Shown: piece after piece, positions 1 through 11,091 of the stretch
Position numbering within the stretch: position 1 is the first letter of the stretch
Layout of the letters: every line of letters begins with the position of its first letter
NCBI RefSeq assembly: GCF_018350175.1
Contig: NC_058371.1
Span: 111,290,001 to 111,354,000 of the forward strand
Length of the DNA: 64,000 bases
Direction: 5' to 3'
From: Felis catus
Lineage: Eukaryota
Translations under genes and position numbers: made by a program
Notes under the pieces: model-generated
Database searches by the model: none
What the model was told of the DNA's origin: nothing
Seen by the model: only the letters and a program-made list of their open reading frames with translations

Positions 1-420
1 GCAGGATGCATGCAACTGACACTGAAGAGAAGATGTAGTTATTAATAGAAACAAAGTCTAGAGTAATGGCCATGGGAGTAGCTAGGTTGTTGTGACAACA
101 ACAATGAGGATTCATGGGTGATATAATCTGCTCACAGAGATCCTAAATGGGCAGTTTTTAGGAATGAGGGGGATTGGAAAATTGCAAGCAGCAATAAGGA
201 GCAATGAGGACATGTTCTCTGCTTCTAGGCCTAGTCCTGTGAGAACCATGGGAGACAAAATTAACTCCACTAAGGGAACGGGAGCAGTAGCAGTTTCCTC
301 AATGGAGAGCCAGGTTTCTCTTAAAGCGTGAAGGGGAGAAAAGCATTCAGACAGTACTTGCAGCATTAACATAGGGGATTTTGCTGGTGGCTGACTGAGT
401 TTTAGAGGATAGAGTGGAAG
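1..420 (-). mobile_element. Degenerate L2 LINE fragment (probable)
   Basis: Purine-rich decayed sequence resembling antisense L2 body; boundaries approximate. Confidence 0.35.
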
Positions 421-759
421 GATGTAAGAACTTGGGGAGAGATGGGAAAGGCAGACAGAATACGTTCACAGAGGCTAACAGGGATTCAACTGCAGGAGTT
501 AAGAGGCAGTGCAGCAGTCTAGGGGTGGCCTACATGGAGTAGGATAAAAGGCAGGGATGAGGTCAGTCCCGGTCGATTAAGGCTGATGATGGTGGTGAGG
601 CTGTGAATGTTGTAGGGGGAGAGAGGAGGGCTCTGGTGGAGGGGTGGGCTCTCTCAGGTTCTCACTGTCAGGAACCAATCAAGATGGATTTCAATCCAGA
701 TCTCCCCAGCTCCAGAAACAATGCCCTTTCCTCTCCACTGCATTTAAAGTGTAGACTAA

Positions 760-886
760 GGTCTAGCCTGAGAACTTGTTAGGAATGTGGACTCTCAGGC
801 CTCATTCCAGATCTACTGAATCTGAATCTGCATTTCCTCATGGTCTCCAGGTGATTCATATTCATGGTGGAGTTCGAGCAGCACTG
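760..886. mobile_element. MER5A/B-like hAT-Charlie MITE
   Basis: Motifs gaacttgttaggaatg..ctcaggcctcattccagatctactgaatctgaatctgcatt..ccaggtgattcatat..gagcagcactg resemble the MER5 consensus. Confidence 0.75.
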
Positions 887-1395
887 CCCTACACCACGTA
901 TTTTTCACCCTCTTAAAAATTACTTGTTTCGTGTCCACTCAATGAGATTTCATGGATTAAAAAAGGAATGTAACTTTTTGCAATGTAGACTTTCTGAAAT
1001 TTTCAAGACTTTATAGAAAACTTCAAAATAAAGGTGTGCAAAAATTGGAAAAGGGTGAGTACAAGATGAAAAAAAAATACTTGTCATATGTAGTTGTTTG
1101 GTAGATAACTAATCCAGTAAAATGCATTATTTTCCAAAGTTTTAGGGGTATGTGAGGAGAGAAACCCCTAAGCATTCGAGGTTAAATTCTTCCTTGTTAG
1201 ATTCTGGTGTGGTCACCAGTCTGATTAATAAGTAAACCAGAACTATTAGGAAAAGGAAAGGGGAGGGGTAAAATGAGTGTTTATTTTCTTCAGTTATTAT
1301 GAATCTAAGCTCTGGTGTTTGTACCAAAGAAAGGAATTACTTGTATTTATTCTTATGGCTAAGTTGCTAGCAATAAATTATGAAAAGAAAAAAAT

Positions 1396-1527
1396 NNNNN
1401 NNNNNNNNNNNNNNNNNNNNNNNNNNNNNNNNNNNNNNNNNNNNNNNNNNNNNNNNNNNNNNNNNNNNNNNNNNNNNNNNNNNNNNNNNNNNNNNNNNNN
1501 NNNNNNNNNNNNNNNNNNNNNNNNNNN
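1396..1527. other. N run, 132 nt
   Basis: Directly visible. Confidence 0.99.
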
Positions 1528-1719
1528 GACTGAAGTTTAATTAAATTTCTCCATAGAGACTGGGTATTCCAGTAGATGTCACTTTGAGATTTTGCTCAAT
1601 GAAGGACTGAATTCTGATTAAGTGATGCTACATTTGTCCTCAATAGTAGAGCGCTGATGATCGACACCTCTTTTCTCCAACTCTTCCATGCTAACCCAGC
1701 GGCAGCAAATGAGAAACAC

Positions 1720-1830
1720 TGGCCACTGAAACAGGACTCCAGAGGCTGGGCCTAGTCTTGCTTTATTCACTAACCAGCTGTATGACCTTGAGCAAGTCCC
1801 TTAAGACTTCTAGCATATTAAGGATTGGAG
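1720..1830 (+). mobile_element. MIR/MIR3 fragment
   Basis: cactaaccagctgtatgaccttgagcaagtcccttaa is the MIR core region. Confidence 0.6.
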
Positions 1831-2443
1831 ACATTGCTTTTTTGCCTGTGACATAAGTTCAGCAGTCGGTTCTAAAAGGCTTCTGGCTCTAAAAGCCTCT
1901 AGTTCTGTTGTATCATGTTATATGTTATGCAAATATACAGTCAGTGAAATTTAGCAAAAGGAAGAGGAATTTGGGGAGTTTTGGAAACTAGCAAACTTTT
2001 TACTGGGCTGGAGTCATCAGGTAATGGCATATTATTCCGGCATGAGAAATTCAAATGAATAGTATGTTTGTCTACACTTTTAAGTCTTAGACTTTCTTTA
2101 CCTTCAGTATTTAATTTACCAGACTTATAATACAGGTAGTACTGACCTTTCTTGATTTTGGCCATATTTCCAAGCCATTTGAGAACAGCAGACAAAAGGA
2201 TAACTATCTTCTGTATGTATTGCATTTTCTTCTTTTTCCAGGGTGTCTAAGGTGTGGGGGAAAATGTTAGACATAATCAGTATTTTTTTCTTAAGGACCT
2301 CAAACTCAGATATAGGATTGGAGGGAACAATAGGCATCTAGGTACTTGTTTACTCAATATATGACAACAATTAAAAACAGATTAACCACACAGGTACCAA
2401 AGAAATGTGTTTGGTAAATGAGTTGGGTAAATCCGGCTTTGCT

Positions 2444-2668
2444 GGGGCGCCTGGGTGGCGCAGTCGGTTGAGCGTCCGACTTCAGCCAGGTCACAATCTC
2501 GCGGTCCGTGAGTTCGAGCCCCGCGTTGGGCTCTGGGCTGACGGCTCAGAGCCTGGAGCCTGTTTCCGATTCTGTGTCTCCCTCTCTCTCTGCCCCTCCC
2601 CCGTTCATGCTCTGTCTCTCTCTGTCCCAAAAATAAATAAACGTTGAAAAAAAAAAATTAAAAAAAAA
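2444..2668 (+). mobile_element. Young full-length Can-SINE (SINEC_Fc type)
   Basis: ggggcgcctgggtggcgcagtcggtt head, A/B boxes, (CT)n region, aataaataaacgttg and A tail; perfect 15-bp TSD aaatccggctttgct at 2429-2443 and 2669-2683; most CpGs intact. Confidence 0.98.
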
Positions 2669-4160
2669 AAATCCGGCTTTGCTAAACCCACCTAGGTTTA
2701 TCCTAAGGTGGCATACCATTTTGGCTTCTACTGCTGTGAGATACAGTGGGCCATAGATTTTAGGAAAAGTGATAATTAGTCATGTATTAAATAAATCATA
2801 TTCCAATTGTTCAAGTATAGTACATGTGGGTAGGTGAAATGATAATTGGCCTCACAGCCCAAATATCTGCTGTTCCTTTGTGTTTTTGCCTGTTGTATTT
2901 CCTGTATTCCTGCAGGAACTTTTATCTGAGGTCAAAATCAAATTTTCCTCAGTTGTAGCTTTTACTTCTGGGTAGATGCTATCTTAGCAGGGAAGATATC
3001 TAAGGGTATTTCTCTTGACTCTGATTGTGGTGAAGATAGATAGTAGGCATAACTTGGTATGTTTGGTGAAGCTTGGTAAATTTATCTAGAGTGACTTTAT
3101 TAACTGGATACTTTACTATTACTCTTGCAATAAGAACTTTGGACATATTTTCTGCTTATCCATCTCTTTTTATTTCACCTGCTGGTAATTTATAAATTTG
3201 ACTTAAAGTGAAAATTCAGCAAAGTTGACCAAATGGCACCGTCACTAAAGCATGGACAAGTTTGTGGAAAACATTGTAACAACAGTAGGAAAACCTTTCT
3301 TTGTAACTGGTCACTGACTTACAGGAAAACTATTTTAAGGATTCACAAATTAAAAACAAACAGACAAACCAAGACCCCCCCCCAAACTAATTATTTTTAT
3401 TAGTTTATTTTTTTTACTTTAAGGAGAAAAACTTAAGATGTCCCTCATAGTCACTTTTAGGAGTCAGGCCAGGAAAGAGGGAAAATTGGAGGGGAATTTT
3501 ATTGTAGGACAAGGTCAGAGGGAATCTGGAGGATCAGCAATGATATTGCTCATTACTACTGCTCTTTGAAAGGCTGGCTTGGAATTCTTTCTTCCTTGCT
3601 AAGTAGTATGGATTCTTATTCAAAGTTTGAAGTGTTTCTTTGGAGAAGAATTTCCCCCAAGGAGTTCTGGAAGTTTCTCGTATCCATAACTAAATAGCTA
3701 AAGTTATAAAATTATATTTTGAAAGAAAGTGACTTTTCCCATACTTAGCAGTTATTCATTCCTTTACCATATATTTGTTGGGCTAGTCACCAGACAAGGA
3801 AATTGAAGATATAATAATAAAGTAGGCATGAACTTACCTTTAGGAGGCTTCAAGGAGTAGATAGCACTGGAACACTCAGGGGATTTATTGGCATATGCTG
3901 AAAAATAGAGTCTATTTTAAGCCAGTGTTTCTCATCTTGTATCTAATCACAGTACACATAGATAATGATAATGTTTGCAATGTACATTGGAATAACCTGC
4001 AGGAATTTATGGTGATAATAATAAAATACAGAGAAGAATGAGAGAAAATCAATGCTTAATTTACTAAAAATGCAGTATTTAATTTGCATAAAGATCAAAT
4101 AAAGTAATAGGAAGCTTCTTTATGAGATTTTTAAATTATGATCTCTTCAAGTTCTGATGA

Positions 4161-4364
4161 GAGGTGCCTGAATGGCTCAGTTGGTTGAGCTTCCGATGTC
4201 AGCTCAGGTCATGGTTGTGCGATCTGTGAGTTTGAGCCCTGGGTCAGGCTCTGTGCTGAAAGCTCAGAGCCTGGAGCCTGCTTCAGATTCTCTCTCTGCC
4301 CCTCCCCTGCTTGAGTTCTGTCTCTCTCTCAAAAGTCAATAAACATTAAAAAAATTAAAAAAAA
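4161..4364 (+). mobile_element. Can-SINE, older
   Basis: gaggtgcctgaatggctcagttggtt head, ctcagagcctggagcctgcttc body and A tail; partial TSD ctgatga. Confidence 0.95.
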
Positions 4365-5604
4365 TCACTGATGAGAAATTATTTGCATAAACAGCAGAGA
4401 ATATTGTTAAAACATATTTTTTTACCATGTAAAAATTTATGCCAGTTGAAATTATTATTTAAGAATCCAAAAGCCTTTAAATGTCTTTGAGTAAAAGATG
4501 TAATGTTAAAATATCTTGTGATGATGTACACAAATAGGGAATGTAATCCTTTTTCATATCAAGTATTTTTAAAATAAGAAATCTGTAATCAATAGAAATG
4601 CATAGATAGGTAGAACAGTTGCCCTCCAACTCACTTGTACACTGCTACCAGAGCATATAACCAACATCAAAGAAAAGTATGCAGCAGAGGTGAAGATTGC
4701 TTGCCAGCCTCCCTTTCAGCTTGTTAGTCAGCCCTTTACAGCTATAAACTTAGGCTGTATGCTATGCTTGATGAGTGCCTTTAGTTGCTCCTTGGGCCCT
4801 GGATCCATGGTGAGCATCAGTGGGCTGACTATTGAAGTAGAGATATTCAGGTAATATAGCATATGTGGCTTATACTTAGCATGTCATGGTAGAACAGTGA
4901 ATAGCTGGGTGTTACTCTTGGTTTTGCTGGCCATTGTGACCAGGAGGCACACAATCAATCTTCATTCTACTAGAGCAGTCCTTTGAGGAACTCTAGAAAA
5001 AGACGTTCCTGGATGGAGGTGGTTGGCCCTGGAACTCTGACCACCCAAACTGTCCCCAGCCTATCTAAGAGTGGATGGGAACAAGAGTCACAGCACACCT
5101 GTAATTCATTTGTAGCACATTGGATGCATACTTGCCACCAAATGAATTGTTCACTGAACAGGAGACAACCTGAAGAAAAAGTGTAGTGCTATGCAGTTGA
5201 AATTTAAGAAGCTGCCTCTTTGGTATTTTGTAATTGTATGAAAATTTGTGTGTTTACAAAGTGAAAATTAGAATGCAGGAAGTTCTTCCAAAATTTCATA
5301 GTTTTGTAATGTATTAAGAGCTCATGCTTTTTGAAAAAAGACAGAATTAAAGTATATCTTCACATTGTTTTCCGTGAATCCAATGCTGTTTTTTTGTAAA
5401 TTCACCAAACTACTCTCAGTGCTGGGCGAGCTGTCACTATATGGCGGCCCACCAGCTGGGCAGTCCCTGACCTTTCACAAAAGCAATTACAAAACATGTG
5501 TCATCTAATATCCACTCAAGGGAAATTGAAGAAGACATGAGTGACTCTCCCTCTGGACCTAGTATAGGTTGTTAGCATTCAGGAATCTACTTTTAGAAGC
5601 ACAG

Positions 5605-6039
5605 TGTATTAGTCAGGCTTCTCCAGAGAAACAGAATCAATAGGATGTATCTGTCTCTATCTCTATCTCTGTATCATCTGTCAAGAGATTTATTTTAAGA
5701 AATTGACTGACGTGATTGTGAAGGTTCACAAGTCCAAAATAGGCAGAGTAAGCCAGGAGGCTGGGTGCCCAGGAAGAGCTGATGGTTGCAGTTTGAGCCT
5801 GAAGGTAGTCAGCTGATAGGATTTCTTCTTCCTCAGAGGAGATCAGTCATTTTCTTAAGGCCTTCCACTGTTTGGATGAGGCCCACCCCCATTATGGAGG
5901 ATTATCTGCTTTACTCAGTCTACTGATTGAAATGTTAATCTCATCTAAGAAGTACTTTCATGACACTATACAGAAACATTTGGCCAAATATCTTGGTGCT
6001 GTGTCCTAGCCAGGTTAACACATAAAATTAACCATTACA
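5605..6039 (-). mobile_element. MLT2-family (ERVL) solo LTR
   Basis: tgtattagtcaggcttctccagagaaacagaa start and cacataaaattaaccattaca end are the reverse complement of MLT2 termini (TG..CA). Confidence 0.9.
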
Positions 6040-6374
6040 CTAGGCCAGGTTGAGTCTCAGGGACACAGAGAAAGCCCAGGTTTAATCCAAACTTTAACAG
6101 CTTTCCCCTAAAGATGAGCACCTAGGCTCTCATAAGCTCTTCCAGAAGAAACGAGGAGGGTTTTACTTTTTCCTCATCTCTTCCCTATGGTGAGTATATG
6201 CATAAATTTGGAATTTAGTTAAGCCTTCATAATGATAAAATCACCTAACTAGTTAAGTGAGAAACATCCACTTTTCCAGTTATAGGAATCAGTGCCACCA
6301 CTTGGGTATTGGCATTCAGATATTTGCTTTTAAATTAGTTGGACAGCAGATGAAGCTAGGCAGAATAAAAGTAG

Positions 6375-6590
6375 GTAACATTTATAAAATATTCACCCTA
6401 TGCCAAAATCAGTTTCAAGTACTTTACCTGAGTGAAGCAATTTAATCCCCACAGAACCTTAGGAATGAGTTCAATTATCCCCATAGTATATAGATGGGGA
6501 ACCTGAAGCAGAAAACGGTTCAGTAGATCTCTTAAGGCCACACAGCTAGTTAGTGACAGAGCCAGGACTCAGGTCAAGATGGAGAGAGCC
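6375..6590 (-). mobile_element. MIR
   Basis: attatccccat..agatggggaacctgaagcaga..aaggccacacagctagttagtgacagagccagga is the antisense MIR core. Confidence 0.85.
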
Positions 6591-7086
6591 TGGCTTTAGG
6601 GTCTGTTCCTAATAGTAACCATCCTGGATGCTGAATAAAAGAAGCAAGTTGCAAAGTACTCAGCAAAGCCCTGACACAGGCTGGTCCCAGGTCATGGAGC
6701 CACATTAATAGAGACTGAACATTGGTGACTTCCCCCCCACCCCACTCCCACCAGAGCAGAATGAAAGGTGCAAACCTGAATAGGGATCTACTGATAGTAA
6801 TTGTACTAGAAATACACACTGACCAACTTCATTAGCAGAGTCTTAGATGATGGTTCTAATATAAAAAAGCACTTTTTGATTTCTTTCATATGGCATGAGA
6901 AGGACTGAAGTACATAGAAGAGGTCAGAGAAATGAGCATTGCAAAGAGATAAGGGAGGCTGATGCCCTGGAACAGAGACCACATGTTTGGTCATTTGGCT
7001 AAGAATTTTTGCCAACTCTTAGAGAGGAGATAATTGGAAATTTATATTAGAGCCTTACTGCATAGGAGTTATAGTTTTGGTATATA

Positions 7087-7183
7087 CAATTGACCTTTGA
7101 ACAACAGGGAGATTAGTGGTACTGACCACCCTCACTTCTCACTACACAGTCAAAAATCCATGTGTAAGTTTTGATTCCCCAAA
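7087..7183. mobile_element. Tigger2-family terminal fragment (TcMar)
   Basis: TA followed by caattgacctttgaacaaca (Tigger2 TIR-like), then cagtcaaaaatccatgtgtaagttttgattcccc. Confidence 0.75.
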
Positions 7184-9526
7184 TTATAATTAGGTTTATT
7201 ACATATATGTACTTCATTCAATACTGTAGATTTAGTGATTACTCAATGATTTTCTTTGTTTTCTTCATGAAGTCTGAATTAAAGAATACTTTGAGCTATT
7301 GTGCCTTGAGCTGCCCACCTGGACCGGGTAGACCAGATCCTACCTTGACTATCATGGCCAAGATTCTGATGGTGACTGTGGTTAATCTGCCAAACTTGCT
7401 CCCTTTCATGTTAACACCTGGGTATGCTATATCAAGTCTGTGTTTGGCACAGAAATTCACAGTGATTGTCTTCTCTCAGATAAAAGCAGTAAGTGGCCCT
7501 CCACAGTGCCTAGCTCTTGGACATTGTGTCTTAACTCTATTTGGGTGGAAATACAAATTCATATGCTCTTGAACAAACCACTGATGTTTGAAGTATGAGG
7601 AAGGCTGATTAGAACGAGGAGTAACAGCAAGAGCTGTTGAGCTGTTTGAATACATTGGTGGAAAAGATTAAAAAAAGAAAACTTATCTGCAAAACTAATT
7701 ATGTGGATAGTCTTCAGAATGATTTAGAGGCTTTGGAGTGATCAGGCCATCACAAGCTTGGCTGTGGTTATAAGATGTTCACTCTTTTCTTTTACATTCC
7801 TGGCTGATGTTCAAAATTCTGAGAGGTGGCAGTGAAGGCTCCCCACAGCTGTCAGCATCTTTGTGGGCATCTGAGAGGGCAAGGTGCCTACATATGGCAG
7901 TGAGTCAGGCATGGGTCTTCCTTTCCACACTAGGGCTATGGGTGACATGTTGGCAAGGCCAGCCTTAGTATTGCAAGGGCTTGCACTGAGGGAATGTCTT
8001 GACTTCCACCTAGTGGTAATTGCAAATGGGTCAATCATTCTTTCCTGGTGAGGGACATTTCAGACTAACAGCCTTTCCAAATATGGGACTTAGGGCCTTC
8101 CTAACTGCTTCCTTTAAAGGCAGGCCCATTCTGATTGCTACCAAAAAATATCAACTTGTTGGGTGCACCTTCACAGAGAAACTTTTAATTTCACAGCAAG
8201 TATCATTTTGTATGTTCTCAGTAGAGGGAAAATGAAAACTTAACTTTTAGTTGTAAAGCTAATTTAATCTTACAAGTTAAAACTTCATGTTTTTCAATAA
8301 TTATGAGAAAGCAAATATATGGTTAAATTCATCTTTGCTCTCAAAATTACTGTTTTATTTGACACAGAGACAATAATGGAATGTTCTATATTAATTTATT
8401 CCATTTTAAACCACTTGCATTCATGTACTTATGTAACTTCACTTGGAAAACTAAGAAAATTAGAATATTGATTTATGGGAACTCTTCCTTATCTTCCATT
8501 ATATTTATTTCTAAAGATTTATATGTAAAACATGCTCTTCAGCAGTAATTAATGACAGTTCAAGATATATTTACTTCTTAAAAATTGTTTCAAGATTCTC
8601 TTTTTTTTAACTTAGAAAATCAAACTTTTTTTCTTTTGCTCATTACTTAGCAACCAATTTAACATCCTTAAAATTTGGTTTCCATTATGCAATTTAATTC
8701 TCTGATTTGATTCTGAATATAAAGATCCAGTATAGCATTAAAATACCATAAAACTATTAATGTTTGATTAAATTCTGTATGTATGAAATTCCATTGTAAT
8801 GATAAATCAATAAAATATTATTCCATAAAAATAAAACTTTGTTTTATTTAAGTGTGTTGTTATGAGTACAAGCATTTAGAATTGTGAAAATTAAATTCAA
8901 CTTTGGACACATGTATCAATATGATTGTTAAGGCATAGGGTGTGGCCTTTTAAAAGTGGTGTGTTAAAGGCAGGGAGGCAAGATTGACCATCATCAGTTT
9001 TGGGTTAGACCGATTGGCCTAGGGCAGAGAATGTGGCATCTCATTCTTTTAAGCAGATCTCATAAATTGGGGAAGAATACTCATTGTTGATAGGTGTTTT
9101 CGATGACTAATGCAGAAATCACAATGACTTTTTCATTTTGAAAAAATATATTTATACAGTGTTGTTAGGCTACATGAAAGATGGTATTTGTTTACTCTGT
9201 TTTGGTCCTTAACAGCATCATTAGGAACACAGCCCCCATTCCTGTTGCAGAATGGTTATTCAGGGAACTCTGCCCCAACAGACAATGTGCTGTTGGGCTG
9301 CACCCTTCACTCCCTAGCTTTCTCCTTTTTTAGGAGTATGAAGCACACTTCATGTAGTCCCTGTATTACTGGAGGTGGAGGCCCAGAAGTCTGTTTATTT
9401 CACAAATAACAGAAGGTAATGAGGTTCTTTCTGCTATTTGGCTCTGGGCCCAAATAATTCTAGCTTCATAAATGACCTTAGTGTCAGAAGACACTGAATT
9501 ATCATCTACTACATCTTTAAAAGACT

Positions 9527-9584
9527 AGATGTAGATGGAGATAGAGATAGAGATAGATGTGAATGTAGATTTAGATGTAGAGAT
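9527..9584. repeat. Degenerate (TAGATG/TAGAGA)n hexamer repeat
   Basis: Directly visible periodicity. Confidence 0.7.
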
Positions 9585-9757
9585 TGGTTTTGATAGTAGC
9601 AAAACTCATCTAAATGCAGTAAGGGAAAATACTCTGGGGTTCTAGCATATAAAGTATAAAAGGAAAAGTAAAGATACCAAGTGGGCCAACTTTTTCACTT
9701 TCATGTTTTATGTTTTGCTTGCTTGCCTTATAACCTATTTCTAAAGTATTATGAAGA

Positions 9758-9868
9758 AATATATATATATATATGTATATGCATGAATATACATATGTAT
9801 TCTGATATATGTATCTCTATCTATTCATACCTATATAACCCATATCTATGTATATGTATTTATATATA
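9758..9868. repeat. TA-rich low-complexity tract
   Basis: Interrupted (TA)n/(TATG)n. Confidence 0.8.
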
Positions 9869-10188
9869 GGATTTTATTGACTTTGTAAGTTGAATGTAAG
9901 ATTACACTTGGTTTGAATTTATGCTATTACTGATAAATGAAAAAAATGACTAGTTTGGTTGCATTATTCTTTTTCAATAATAAAGCAGAGATATCCTAAG
10001 TTATTTCTTCCAGCTTAGTTTTATGGTTTTGATGCAGTCATAAATTAGGCCAACTTCTTTCATTTCAGGAGTTTCATTTTACATATAAATCTTTAGAAAA
10101 CATTAACTCTTTTTTGTGCAAAATAAATGAGAATGTTTTATTGTATTTTTCCTATAAATTACATAAAATCCTGTAAAAACTTCTCATA

Positions 10189-10203
10189 GAGGTTAGGAGC
10201 TCA

Positions 10204-10251
<48 letters not shown>

Positions 10252-10342
10252 CTACATATATATATGTGTATATATATATATACACATATATATATGTAGT
10301 CCTACATATATATACATGAGCTCCTAACCTCAGCATATATAT
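10189..10342. repeat. (TA)n microsatellite with 48-bp perfect palindrome and flanking 15-bp inverted repeat
   Basis: (AT)n at 10206-10249; palindrome at 10252-10299; gaggttaggagctca at 10189-10203 and tgagctcctaacctc at 10317-10331. Confidence 0.95.
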
Positions 10343-10879
10343 TTGTCCTTCTGAGTAATATAGTTATATCTTTATACACTTAGTTTTCTAGGGAGTCTAT
10401 TTATTATTGTAGTTTTCTTTATAGGAACAACAATTATGGAGAAAAGAAAGAATAGAAAATATGCACACTTAGTTAGCAAGCAATAAGCTTTTGGTGTCCT
10501 ACTCTTTTCAGTTCCCCCAACCCTGATTAAAACGAATTTAATTAAAGTAACTTATATTAATAAAAATTCATCCCCTGCCACACACAGGTATTAGATGACC
10601 CCACCCGACTGTGTGAAGTAACTTCCAGAGGATTGTATTCAGTCCTGGGTATCACACTTTCAAGAATATAACAGATTGTACTTTTTCTGGGGGAAAAGAG
10701 CAGGAAGACAAGGGACTTAAAGCCATTCCAAATAGGAAGAGTAAATAGAACTGTGACCACTTCAGAGGGAAAGGAAAGGCTCAGGGGAATTTCTGGGAGC
10801 TCTCTTCAACTATCTCAGGACTCTTTCCTGGAGAAGAGTTGAATTTGTTCTACACAGCCCTAAAATGGACACAGAACTA

Positions 10880-11091
10880 CTAGCTGACACTGTAATGGAA
10901 GGATTTAGTCTAAATATAAGGATGAATTTCCCTGTGGTCAGGTATGCTCAAGAAAGAATTGACAACTTGAGATGTAGTGAAGGGTTTGAGCATAGCCTGG
11001 ATAACCTCTTGACCAGGGGTGGCTCTATCTTTAGGGTGTGGTTGGATTAAATTGTCTTTAATAGTCTTTCCAAACCTGAGATTCTATGATT
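10880..11091 (+). mobile_element. L3/CR1 LINE 3' end
   Basis: Ends ggttggattaaattgtctttaatagtctttccaaacctgagattctatgatt, the CR1/L3 3' terminus with the ATTCTATG octamer; upstream tttagtctaaatataaggatgaatttcc is also CR1-like. Confidence 0.8.

Noticed and set aside
2444-2530. tRNA gene
   Set aside because: The A and B boxes belong to the tRNA-derived SINE head, which is followed by (CT)n, a poly(A) tail and a TSD.
2382-2647. ORFs overlapping SINEs (also 16082, 20026, 26808, 31379, 32026, 53428, 55820, 57755)
   Set aside because: They are translations of Can-SINE sequence; the recurring peptide AQVMIS..VLTAQSLEP reflects the repeat, not a gene family.
7171-7572. 133-aa ORF
   Set aside because: Non-ATG start inside a Tigger fragment, no recognisable domain and no convincing acceptor-donor pair.
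9263-9299. Hairpin cccaacag..ctgttggg
   Set aside because: Only an 8-bp stem; expected by chance in 64 kb and too short for a pre-miRNA.
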